A stretch of 63,962 nt of DNA, counting the filler, from Chrysochromulina tobinii (taxonomy: Eukaryota), in the NCBI GenBank assembly GCA_001275005.1. It is 6 parts of 6 records of this genome, joined end to end, with 100 filler letters (N's around TTAATTAATTAA, not from the genome) between each part and the next. Parts side by side here need not be neighbours in the genome. Positions count along the whole stretch, not along the records: positions 1 to 20,083 come from JWZX01001112.1; 5 more parts are not named here. One strand, 5' to 3'. Positions 1 through 12,000 of the stretch are shown one piece after another (positions within the stretch are counted from its first letter, which is position 1; each line of letters opens with the position of its first letter). A model generated the notes under the pieces. The model saw only the letters and a list, made by a program, of their open reading frames with translations. It did not search any database and had not been told where the DNA came from. The position numbers were made by a program, and so were the translations under genes.

Positions 1-3000
1 GGCGGCGGCGGCAGCGGCGGCGGCGGCGGCAGCAGACGATCCGGCGCCTCCGAGAGCCTCCCCAAAGTGCTCCGCAAGTACGAGGAGGGCAGCCGAGCCG
101 ACAGCGATGCGCGATCCAACGGAGACCCGAGATCCCATCACGATCAGGCGCAGCCGCATTTGTACCTGTACACGCGCCGCCGGCGCGGCCAAGTCCTCTT
201 GCTGCTCGTGCTGCTGCTCCGAGAGCGTGCGGGCAAGGCCATCGGGTATGACAGCGGCCCCGAGCGAGTCAGCGCCTCCGTTGTTGGTGGCGGCGGCAGG
301 TTGACTTTGTCTCGTGATAAGCGGCGGCGCCGCAGCGGTCATCGCGGCAAGCAGGTATTGGATCAAGGCGACAGGTGGAAGCATGCTCTCAAGCTGCCTC
401 AGCGTCTCCGCCTCACTCGGCACCCTAGCCATCAGGGACCCCTCGTGTGCCGGCACGACCGCTCCTGCGGACGAGCCCAGTCCCTCGAGCGCAAAACACG
501 CCGGGTCGCGCTGCGGCTCGTCGTTGGCCGTGGTGAGCAGGAGTGCAGCGACCGCAACATGGGCCTCGAAGACGAATTCGATGCGAGGCGTCTGCGAGGG
601 GAACCAACTGAGCTCCGCGCACCACTTGCGCCGATCGTCGTTTTGAAGGTTGTGGTATGATTCGGCGCCGTCGGCGTGCGCACGTGACTCGTTGATCGAG
701 AGCGTCGTGTACGGCAGCAGCTGTCCCCTCGCGTCTTGGAAGGCGACGCGCCCGAGCTGCACCGTGCCGCCGCTGTGCACCGACTTGATGATGAGCGCGT
801 ACCGCTTGAATGCGCGCGGCGCGCCCACATGCGTCACAGCGTGCCTTTGCTGGTACCAGCGATGCGGAAGCGCCGGTGCACGCCACTCTTGCAACGGCGT
901 CACCTTGTCCTCATCCGCGTGCTTGGACGACATTTTGGACCCTAGGGGCAAGAGCAGTCGAGTGGCGCACTGGCGGCGCCACGTGGCGCCTTCACTGGCT
1001 CCGTCGAGCTCTCGACCGAGCGGCGCAGTGGGCAGCGCTCGCAAAAAGTCAAGAAGTAGAGCGTACGCTGCGAGCCGGGCGTCCGGATCCGTTTCGAGCG
1101 CTGCGAGCGCCTTCGCCGCGCCCGGCGCATCCGCCGCCAAGCTGACGAGGGCCGCCTGCAGAGCGGCTAGCGGCGCAGGCGCCACTCGAGCGCAGCTAGA
1201 GGCGGTGCCGCCGAGCGCCACGCTCGGCGGGGCGCGTAGTGCGGGACGCTCCATGACGCGCACGCGGAAGCCGGTGATTTTACAGTTGATCCCGTGGCCG
1301 TCGAGGGACTCGAAGCGGATGCCTGTCACGTTGGCCAGCCCATCCTTTGGCGTGAGCAACTTACGCCACACGGCGGCGCTCGGCCGCTCCGAGATCTCCG
1401 TGGTGACGAGAGTCTCCCAGCTGGTGGTGCCCTCGCGCTGCACCTTGACCTTGATATTGCGGATAGAGTACGAGTCGTGGCCCTTGACGGCGACGGAGAA
1501 GTCAACGAGCTCGCCCTCCATGCCGTGCATCTCGACCCAATGCGGCTTGGTCTCTGAGGACGACTGCCAGTACGTCGACCCGTTCTTATCGAAGAGTTTG
1601 GGCAATTCCGACTGAGCAGACGAGCTCGTCACCCGTTTGGGGGTGACCTCGCGCACCTCACCCTCGGCCGGCTCGGCCGACGGCGGCGGCGCGGACGGCG
1701 GCGACGCGGCGGCGGCGGCAGGCGATATGGCGGCCTTGGTGGCTGCGGCCTGCCGGTAGTAGCCGAGGCCGCGCCGGCCGTTGAGGAACACCCATCCCTT
1801 CCACTCCCCCCGCATGCGCGTACTCGGCACGAACTCGACTGCGGGACCGAAGCTCACGCCATCCGCAGACCGCTCGCCCGAGTCGGAGTCCGCGGCCCAC
1901 GCCGCATGCGCCATCTGTGCGGTTTGGGCGAGGTGCGACCCAAGGAATCCGATGAGGCGGCCCACGAGCCAAGGCACCTTGTCGGGGGCGAGGGGCAAGC
2001 CGAGGCCGAGATCTTCGAGCGAGATCGAGGTGACCACCCGGCTGATCATCGCGCTCAGCGTGCGTGCCGGATCGGCGCTGCCTGTGCGCACGTACTCGGC
2101 TGTGGTCGCCTCGTCGAGTCCGAGCCTGGCGCCGTGCTCGCGCAGCACGGTCTCGGCTCCCTCGGGCGGCGGCGCGCCCTGCATGCACGCGGGCACTGGC
2201 GTCAACGACCATGCCGCCGCGCGCTGGCTCAGCCCCCATTCGAGTTGCATCGCTGCCTCGCGCGACACGAGCGCCACCGCAAAACATGGGGCTGCCTCTG
2301 CCTCAAACGGCACCGCCGAGACGGACGCGCCCTCTGCAGACGCGGCGGCATCGGGGGGCGCCCCAGCTCTCGCAGCGCAATACTCAACCCACCGCTGCAG
2401 ACGGCCATAGACACCCTTCTCCTCGCGCTGTTTGCGCGCCCACTCCAGGTAGTCCGGGTGCTGAGTCCGCACTTGCTCGAATGACAGCTCGGCGTACTTC
2501 CCGAAGCCCATCTTCTCGTCCATGCTGGCCGCCGCCTCGAGATGGGAAGCGCTCGGGAAGGCGCTCGTGTCCCCTGTAGTTGAGCCCCCGGTGGAAGCGC
2601 TCGAGCCCCCGGTGGAAGCGCTCGACGCGTCCGGGGCAGCGCATGGCAGCACGACCATCCCTGGCGGCTGACGCGGCGAGTCCCTTGCGAGAGCTCGGAA
2701 ACTGACACCCATCTGATTCGTGCGGCTGGTGCGATGCTCGTCGAGCCGGCGCACCTTCTGCATCTTCTGACTCCCTGGGTCGCTGTCCTCGTGGAACGGG
2801 CCGAGCATCAGGCCGTTGGGCTTGAGCAGTTCCACCCAGCGTGCCGAGTCGCTCATGCTCGCCGCAGCACCCACGTAGATGCGATCAAAGCGCGCCGACT
2901 CCGCGAGGTTGAGCTCAAAGGCGCTTGCATGCACGAACTGCACCTTGGCTAAGCCGATGGCCTCGCATTTGGCCCTTGCGCTCGAGACGGCGCGGTCGTC

Positions 3001-6000
3001 GACCTCGACCCCGACGTGATGAGCCTCGGGCCCGATGAGATGAGCGACCATGGCGGAGAAGTAGCCGCTGCCGCTCCCAATGTTGAGGAACGAGTGCCCG
3101 CGCTCGAGCTCCAGGTCGGCGAGAGCGCTGATGTAGATGCTGGGTGCCGAGAGGTGGTACACACCGTCAGGGGTGCGGAATGGCTCCCTCTCGTATGCCT
3201 TGTCGGCGAATTCTGCGGGGAGGAAGTGGGCACGGTCCACTGCACAGAATGCGGCCTCAACGGCCGAATCGCCTTTGAAGGCCCCCTCCGACGTGTAGGA
3301 TGCGCAGTACTGGACGTGCTTGTCGGACAGCGCAGGCGCTGGCCTCGCTGGCGCCACACCGCCACGCGCGACGCGCGCAGGGGCGCAGTCGGGGCACAGA
3401 TCGTATCTGCAACTCGCGCAGTGATAAAAGAGCGGACACGTGCGGTGGAGATCCTCCCGGCGGCAGCTGTCGCAGACGACGGACGTCTTGTACGTGGGTG
3501 GCAGCAGCACGCGCCCCTCCATGGCATGCTTCTTGGCGCAGCACACCACCGGCAGCGGGCCGAGGGAGCCGGAGAGATCGCACGTGATCGAGCCGAGCTC
3601 GGACACCCGCAGCACCGCTCGGCTGAGCAAGGCTCCGTTAGAAAGCCCTGACCTGTCCCTTACCAGTTGCTCCCGCAGCGAAGACGAGGCCAGCACGGCA
3701 AGCGTGTGTCCTTCTTGACGGACCGCGTCGAGCCACTCAACCACGTCGAAGTCCGCTGCACCCGCCGCACTCGGCAAGAGGAAGGCGGCACGGCGCGCAC
3801 CATTGGTGGCGATGCCGTCGGTGCCCTCCCCGTAAGCGATCGGCTGAGCGTCCGCACCGACGGGCACGAGAGCGAGGGGTGCCCCCAACGGACGAAGGGC
3901 GGCCGTGGCCGTCTTGCCAGCGGCTGCGGCAGCTGGCACAGGCTCGAGTGCCCGCACCCTCTTTTCGCTGTTCGTCGCAGGCAGGGCCTCGAGGCTGAGG
4001 GTCGAGTAGTCGCGAGTGGTCTCACTCATCTGGCGCTTGCTGGCGTCCCAGCTGCCCAGAGGCACCGTAGTGCACACACCGGACTGTGAAAAGTTCCAGC
4101 CCGACTCTTCTGGGCCAGTGCCTGCCTGGCAAATCTTCCAGTACGAGCCGTCATAGTAGATGGCACCGGTAGTGTATGGCGGTGGGCCCTCACGCGTGTA
4201 GCATGGCCCTCCATTGCGCAGTTGGCCTCGGACGAGATTGTACGTACCCGAACAATTTACCCCACTGTCGCCCGAAACCACACGGATGCGCGCCGGGGGG
4301 CCAAGAGGCTCGGGTGGCGGCGGCGGCTCGGGCGGAGGCGCGGGCGGCGGCTCGGTCGGCGGCGGCTCGCACAGCAGCGAGTCGGAGGGTGGCTGTGGGA
4401 AGTGCTTGAGCGCACAAGACGCGCACGCGTCAAAGTCGCAGCCACGGCAGTAGTAGGAGTGGCCTGCCCTAAAGGAGCCGCGGCACACGTCGCACGTGTG
4501 CCCCCCCCGGTTGTTCCAAGTGAGGACGTGCTGATGCTCGGGCACTTTGACCTCAGGGGGCCGCCAGCATAGCTTGAGGACCATCAAGCCCTCACCCGAC
4601 CAATCAAACCAGCCGCCGCCGCCAAAGACCATGTCCTCTTCCGCGCTCGGCGGCGCGGGCGGTGGCGCGCCGTTGATCTCGAGCACATAGGCCGCGCCCC
4701 CGCTCGCGATCAAGCTCTCGAGGCAAGCTGAGTCGATGTAAGGGCTACCTGCCAACCCAAGTGCATGCAGGGCCGGCTGCCGCACCGCTACGACCTGCAC
4801 CACCATAGCCTGTGCCCCGTGCCTCGTGGCGGCTTGCTCTTGCGCCCATCGCAACTCGAGCCCGCACGGGCTCCGGGGCTCGTGAGCTGGCCGGCGCAGC
4901 ACGAGCAACGACTCGCTCGGGCCCAGCACGGCGCTTCGGTGGCGCGCGATCGTCGCGCAGGGCAGGACGCCGTCCTTTGCCTTTTCCCACTCGCCCAGCG
5001 GCGGTCGCCCCTCGGCGCACTTGATGCGGTAGTAGTCGCCGGTGTCACGATCGAGATTGTCCTTGTCGGCCAGATACCAGTACTGGTTGCCGCTCGGCAG
5101 CGTGTACCGGATCATCCAGATCTGACCCTTCTCGTGCACATACTTGGCCGTGCCGCCGTACTCGCCTTCGCGACTGTAGACGCCGTTGGCGGGCGTGAAG
5201 CCAGCGCCACTCACCACGTACGCGTCCTGCATGGAGGCGGCGTGGTCGCCCTCGCCAGCCGCCCCAAGCAGGCGCCGTGTCGAGCTGTCCATGGGCGGCG
5301 CCGCGCCCGCATCGAGCACTGAGAGTGTCAGAGGCATGGGTGCGGGTGCAAGGCGGCGCGTGAGCGCGGCCGACGCGCGCCATAGGTCGCTACGGCGCAG
5401 CCAAAGCCCATCCTCGGCGCACGGCACCGGCGGCAGCGGCGCGGCGCACACGCCCAGAACGGCGCGTAGCAGCGACGGCGCGGCCGCGACGCTTGTGACC
5501 GGCACGGCGCCCGCGCTGACGAGGCTCTCGAGCGCGAGCACTCCAAGCGTCACGAGCGTGAGCGACGCATGCGACGTGGGCGACGAGTCCGCAGAATCCG
5601 CAGAGTCCGCAGAGGGGAGAAGGCCCGAGCGTGGCAGATGCTCCTCGACAAGGGCAGCGATCGCGCGTAGCAGCCTCTCCGCATCGGGCAGCTCGGGGCG
5701 GGGTAGGGCGAGCTGCAACGCCGAGCGCCCCGCCGAGCCAAGGAGCACCTGGACCTCGTCCGTGAGCGTGGGCAGCAGCCGAGCCACCTCAGCCGTGGAC
5801 GCATCCGCCGTGTCGAGCAGCATGAGCGTCGTCGCAGGCGCCGCGCCCGCCTCCACGCCACCCCCGCTCGCGCCATCGGCATGGCTCAGCGCCGTACCGA
5901 GCGCACCACGGCGCAGCGCGTCCTCGCGGGCGCCGAGGGCATGCAGCGCGCCGCTCGCGAGGCAGATGGCGCGCGCGCTCGGCCGAGGCACACTCGCCTC

Positions 6001-9000
6001 CCGCAGCGCCGCCTCGCACGCGAGCAGCGCGCCGCTCGGCTCGACGCGCCCATCACGTCGCGGTGCGTCGCGGAGGAGCTGGCGTACAAGGATGATCGTC
6101 TCCAAGTGCCGCTCGACCGGCGAGCTGTCGGGTGCGACCTCAGCGTACAGCGGCTCACACTCGATCGGGCTCTCGAAGCAGTGCCCGAGGGTAGGAGGCT
6201 TGGTGCCGGAGGACGCGCCCCCGGCGGCGATCGCTCCTCCGACTGGGAATGTGAGCAGCGGTGGCATCCCCTCGAGCCAAGAGCCCGCCGTCAGCCGCCG
6301 TATCGCCACGAGCTTCACCTTGTAACGGCCATAGTAACGGCCGACGCAGAAGTGGAACGCGGCGGCGCGGCTCACGGCTCGCGGCAGCTGCACAGCGGTG
6401 CCGATGGCACGGGACTCGGCGCCGGGGGATTGCTTCTTGCCCGCTTGGATGGTCATCTTGGCCGTATCGAGGGTCAGGGTGAGCGTGTCGCCCGGGCGCC
6501 ACGAGCTTTCGGGCGGGCCGCACGTGTCGGAGCCCTCGAGCTTGAACGCGGTGGGGCCACCTGCGGCTTTCCACCCCCACGAGTTGGCGCCAGAGCCGGG
6601 GTAAACTGCGAGCTCGGACTGGACATCACTCGGGTTCCGCTGAGCGGGCGGTGTGCGCTTTGTGACCCACTGCACACCCACGTACGCACCATCGGGGTCG
6701 AACGAGTCGGACGGCATGACCTTGAACTCGGCCTGCCACGTGCCACTCTTGAGAGCATGCCCAACCTCGCAGAGTCGCATCCCATCGTTCCCGAAGGTGA
6801 CCACCGTGTTGCCCTCGCTCAAATCGCCGCCACACCGTTGGTGCCACTTGGTGCAGAACTTGACGTTCTTGAGCTCGTGACCTCCCGCCGCTGCCCCGTC
6901 GCCCACCGGCGCGAACGTCCACGCCGCGAGCGAAGCGCAGGCGGAGGAGCCTGGCACGCTCGGCTCCTCGCTAATCTCGGCCATTGAGGCGCTGGCGGGT
7001 CTACCGGCTGCCAGCGCCTGCGCCAGTAGACCTTGTGGAGATGGCAGGCACACAATGCCAGTGACCTTGTACTCCTCGTGGCGAACGTTGCGATTCTGTG
7101 CGCTGTCCCACGTGTCCCCAATTGCGCCAGCATCGATGGGAAGTAGATTACCCACGTGGGCGCGGCCTTCCATGAACACTGGCGTCGCTGTCAGACCTGG
7201 GATCTTGAACGCAGCCATCTTTGTGTGCCCATCCTCGTGCACCGCAAATACATACGTTTCTGGCTCACGAGGATGAAGGAGACCAGGAACATTCGGAATG
7301 GTTTTGCCGCTCATGAATGTGCCGCTCATGGTACCAGTCACCATCATGCCGCTCGCCGGCGCGGGCGTCTCCGCCATCTTGGGCAGAGCAGACGGGCGCA
7401 ACGTCACGTACACGAGCTGTGCGGCACATGGCAGCCCGATGCGCACCGATCGGCCGCCCTCTTCGAGCTCTACAGGCGCGCTCTGCATAGCCTTGATGGC
7501 CTTCGGCTCGACGCCTTCGCCGAGCCACTTTTGGATCTCGGCGGAGTCGGTGTGCGAGAGCGGCAGCAGCCACGCCGCCATGCCCGAGGTGCACCCCGCG
7601 ATTGCCCCCGTTAGAGGCATGCGGATCCCTTGCAGCAGTGGCTGCTGCTTCCCCGCCGCGCCGGCGGCGGCGGGCCCGGGGGTGGCGGGCGCGGGGGTGG
7701 CGGCGGTGGGCTTGGGCTCCTTGGCCGGTAGGCGGATGAGGAGCGCTCGGACGATCGAGCACTCGAGTACCCGCGGTGGCGCACCCCACACGGCGCGCCG
7801 GGCCGCCGCCGCCGCGTCGCCCTTGCTTGGTGCTGAGGTGTAGCCGGTTGGCGACGGGGTGGGCGGCGGTGGGGCGGCCGGCCAGATTGTGAATCCAATC
7901 TGCGCGAGGAGCTCCGAGGTGACGAGCTCAGGCAGCACACCGCCCGAGGCAGCGGCTGCGCTCGGCAGCAACCGACCGAGAAGTCGCTGGCTCAGGAGTG
8001 CCACGTCATCGTCGGGTGCGCCCCGCTTAGCTAGGGCCAGCAGGGTGGGCACAGCGGCCTCGGCAAACGGCGCCGGCGCAGGCTCGTTTGGCGCGGGCGG
8101 CAGCAGCAGCACGAGCAGCTGCAGCAGCCGCACGCGCAACTGCGCACTCACCCCTTCGTCCGACAGCTCATGCAGCAGCACACGCACCAACCAGAGCGGC
8201 GCCGTGACGGGCGCATCCGAGCCCTCCCCGGCGTCAGCGGCCGCGGGCGCACCGAGCGCGTGGACCACCTGAGAGAGCACCCAGTACGTAGTGAGGCGCG
8301 CGTCGTCCGGCGCGTGGGACGCGAGCCCGTGGATGTGCTCGAGCAGGCGCGAGCGCTCAATCCACGCCACGTCATCGCGTCCGTACGGGAGGCGCAGCCC
8401 CTGCAGCACGAGCCGCGCCTCCGCCGACCCTATCGAGGGAGTCGTGAGCACCGCCAGCAGTGCGGCGTACAGCTCATGCATCGCGAGTCGGAAGGATCGA
8501 GAGAGCTCATGGCCGCACCCTAGCACACTCGTCGAGCACAGCTGCAGCGTGCCAATGCTTCGTGCGAGCTCGCTGAGCACTGGGAGGCGAAGGGAGCGGT
8601 GGCACGTTCGGAGCGCCCGTGCGAGCGCCTCGAGAGCAGGCACCGCCGCTCCTACGGCGTCGCGCCGACGCGCCATCTCGGCACGCAGCGGTTTCAAGCC
8701 CGCCGGCAACAGCGACACCTCACGCACGTCCGGCTCCAAAAAGTCGAGCACTTCCGACGTGAGCTGGCCGTACTTGTGATTGTCGAGCAGCGCGCCAAGC
8801 ACGTCGCCGCGCGAGCCGAGGCTCGAGCGCGAGCCACCCTTACTGCCCGCTCGGCGCAGCGCGTTGCGCCGCTGCTCAAACGACATGGCGAGCTGCTTGG
8901 CGCGCGCGAGCTGTGCGGTGGCCGCCAGACTGCCGCCCTTTATCTGGAGTTTCAAGCGCGCGCGCTCCCAGCTCGTGCCGCGCGTGAGCGGCGGGGCCAT

Positions 9001-12000
9001 CGAGCCGCTCGACGTCCTCGCGAGGTCGAGTGCCGCGGTGCTGCCGCCGCTCAGCTCGTCACTGCTCATGGCGACGCCCATGACGACCTCGCCCGTAGAT
9101 GCCATCCGCTTGACCGGCAGCGGCGGCTCACTCCTCGTGCGCTTCGGCAGCAGCGATGTCATCTCCGGCGGACGCTCGTCCGCTTCGCCCTCGTCCCCCG
9201 TGCCTCCGCCCCCTCCTCGCGCCGGCACCAGCATCACCGCGACAGCGCTGTCGTCGATGCTCACGGAACCGTGGCGGCGCTGAGTCGCGGGCATCACCCC
9301 CTTGAGAAGAAAGAGAGCCCGCTCCAAGATGGGTGCCGCCACGCGCGCCTCCTCCGCCACGATGAACTTCATGTGGCGAGCCTCGACCACCAGATCGTCC
9401 AGGCCAACGTCGTCCCGGGCGTCGTCCGCGTCTGACACCGCGCTCTCGCCGCCGACGCTCACACGCTCGGCCACGCGCGCCGCTCGCTCGGCCTCCTCGC
9501 CGGCCGTGCTGTGAATGTTCACACCCTCGCCGCCCGTGCTCGACGCCGCCGCCGGCAGGTCAGCCTCGGAGGAGTCCTCGGCGGTTGCACCTCCACCCCT
9601 CCGGAGCGCGGCGCCAACGCGCCCCGCCACCCATCGGCGCACTTGACGCGCGGCCTGCCAGAGCACCACCAGCGATGTGGGCGGGCGCGCTGCATCGAGC
9701 GCCGCCGCCGCCGCCGCCGCCTCCGCCACGAGGTGGTGGTGGCGCAGCAGCACACACACGACGATGCGCTCGAGGCGCGCGCCCGCGCCTCCCTCGCCCG
9801 CCGAGCACTGCACATTCTTCGAGGCGTCGCGCTCAAACTTGGCGAGCATCGCCTCGTGCAGCCGCGCCGCGCCGCTCAGAGGCGCCGTACCGGGCACGCT
9901 CACGTGCGCGGCGAGGTGCTCTAAAAAGGCGGTCGCCTCGTTGACCATGTGCGCGGGCGCGGTCGCGGAGCGCTTGGGAACGAGCGGCACATCGGCGCCG
10001 CCGTCGGCGTTGGATCCGGTGCCGCTACCCGAGCCCGCAACGCCAGCACCAGTGCGCACCAGCCCCCCCCGCAGCAGCTGCCCTTGCAGCGACTCGACCA
10101 AGGGCCCCTCCTCCGGGCCAGCGCCCACGGCGCTCACGGCGGCGAGGCACACACGGGCGAGCACTTGGGCGGCGAGGGTCGCGAGCTTATGCAACTCGTG
10201 CATGCCCGCGGGAGAGGTCAGCCGCCCTTGAACCCACAGCACGGGCGCCACGACGAGAGGCAACTTGGCGCCGCCACCGCCCCCGCCGCCACCGCCGCTG
10301 GCGGCCTCGGTCTTGACGGACCGCCTGGCCTTCACCTTGCCCTTGCCAGCCTTCCCACTCTTGCTAGCCTCGGACGACGACGACGACGGGGTAGCGGCAA
10401 AGCCCGCGAACGGATTTGGCGCATCGATTGGAAGCACGCCATGCCCCAAGAGAGAGCCGCCGGCAGAGGCCGGCGCGGCCGACGGCGCGGCCGACGGCGT
10501 GGGCGGCATCGTACGCACCCACGTGAGACGCACGGCGGCAGCGCGCACGACGACGCGCCGTACCGGGCGTTCGACACGCACGTACGGCGCTCGCTCCGCC
10601 TCGGCCATCGCCGACCACTCGGCCTCACTCACCGACACATCGGGTGCGCCCGTCGTGCCCTGTGTTACCGCCGGCGCGAGCGAGGCGTAGCGCACGAGGG
10701 AGGCGGGCGCACCGACAGCCAGTACGTCGTCACACCAGAGTTCCCACAGCTCGTTCGCCCCCTCCTCGTCGCCGTCGAGTGCCGACAGCGCCGACAGCGG
10801 CACGCCGGGGCGGAGCACCTCAACACGCAGCGACGCACTCGCCACGAGATTCGCGTTCGGACCGCCGCCGGTGGGCAAAGGGCTGCCGCCCGCGGCGGGC
10901 GCGGCGGGCGCGGGCGTGGCAGCGCGGTAGCAGTAGGATGGAACGTGGCGGTTTGAGAACGCTTCGCAGAGCCGGCAGCACGATGGGCATGCCGGCCCGT
11001 TGTCCGGCCCGCAACGGCCATCGGAGCCCGGGATGGCTCTCGTCCCCTTGTGCTTTCCACAGTAGAAGGTCCCCTGACAGCCGATTGAAGTCCCAAAGGC
11101 GACGACGTCTCCCTCGTCGTTGACGAGACTCGCCTGGAAGCGTAAGCACGAGGCGCACGCAGGGCCGCCGGTGGGACCACATCGGCCGTCCGAGCCCGGG
11201 ATGGCGTCCGAGCCGAGGAAGCGGCCGCAGTAGAATTTCAGTCGGCCGTCGTGACGCGTGCCCACATACTCATCATTGCCGCCAAGGCCCACCTGCGCGC
11301 CCTCATCATTCACCGGAGCCGCAGGCGGTGCAGGCGGCGCGAGCGGTGCGGGCGGCGTGGGCTGCGCGGCGGCTGGGCGGCCAAATGTGATCGGGGCACT
11401 TCCAAAGGTGAAGGTCGGCGGAGATCCACCACCAGCAGGCGAGGCGGCGGCAGGGGCAGCAGCGGCACTTCCAAAGGTAAAGGCGGACAGCGGCGCTTGC
11501 GGCGGAGGGGCGGCAGCGGGCAGCGGCGGACCGGCTCTGCCAAATGAGAAGACACCAGGTGCCGGCGGAGATGCACCACCAAATGAGAAAGGGCTGCCGC
11601 CGCCAGTGCTGGGCGAGCCAAAGGGCGAGGCGGCGGCAGGGGCAGCAGCGGCACTTCCAAAGGTGAAGGCGGGCAGCGGCGCTTGCGGCGGAGGGCCAAA
11701 GCTAAAGCCGCCAGGGGCTGCTGACGGTGCGGCGGGGGCGAACACCAAAGGGGCGCCGCCAAAGGTGGGCGCTGCTGGAGCAGCGGCGGAGAAGGGGGCG
11801 GCTGCTGGCGCCGGCGCTCCGAAGCTGAACCTGCCGGCGGGTGCGGGCGTGGCGGTGGCGCCAATGGCAGAGGCGACGCCAAAGGGCGTGGCACTGAAGA
11901 TGGGTGCGGGCGCAGCGGTGCCGCCGGAACGCGGGCGCTGCGGCGCGGGGTTGGCGCCAGAGCTGAAGCTGCCGCCGACTGGTCGCGAGGGAGAACTGAA

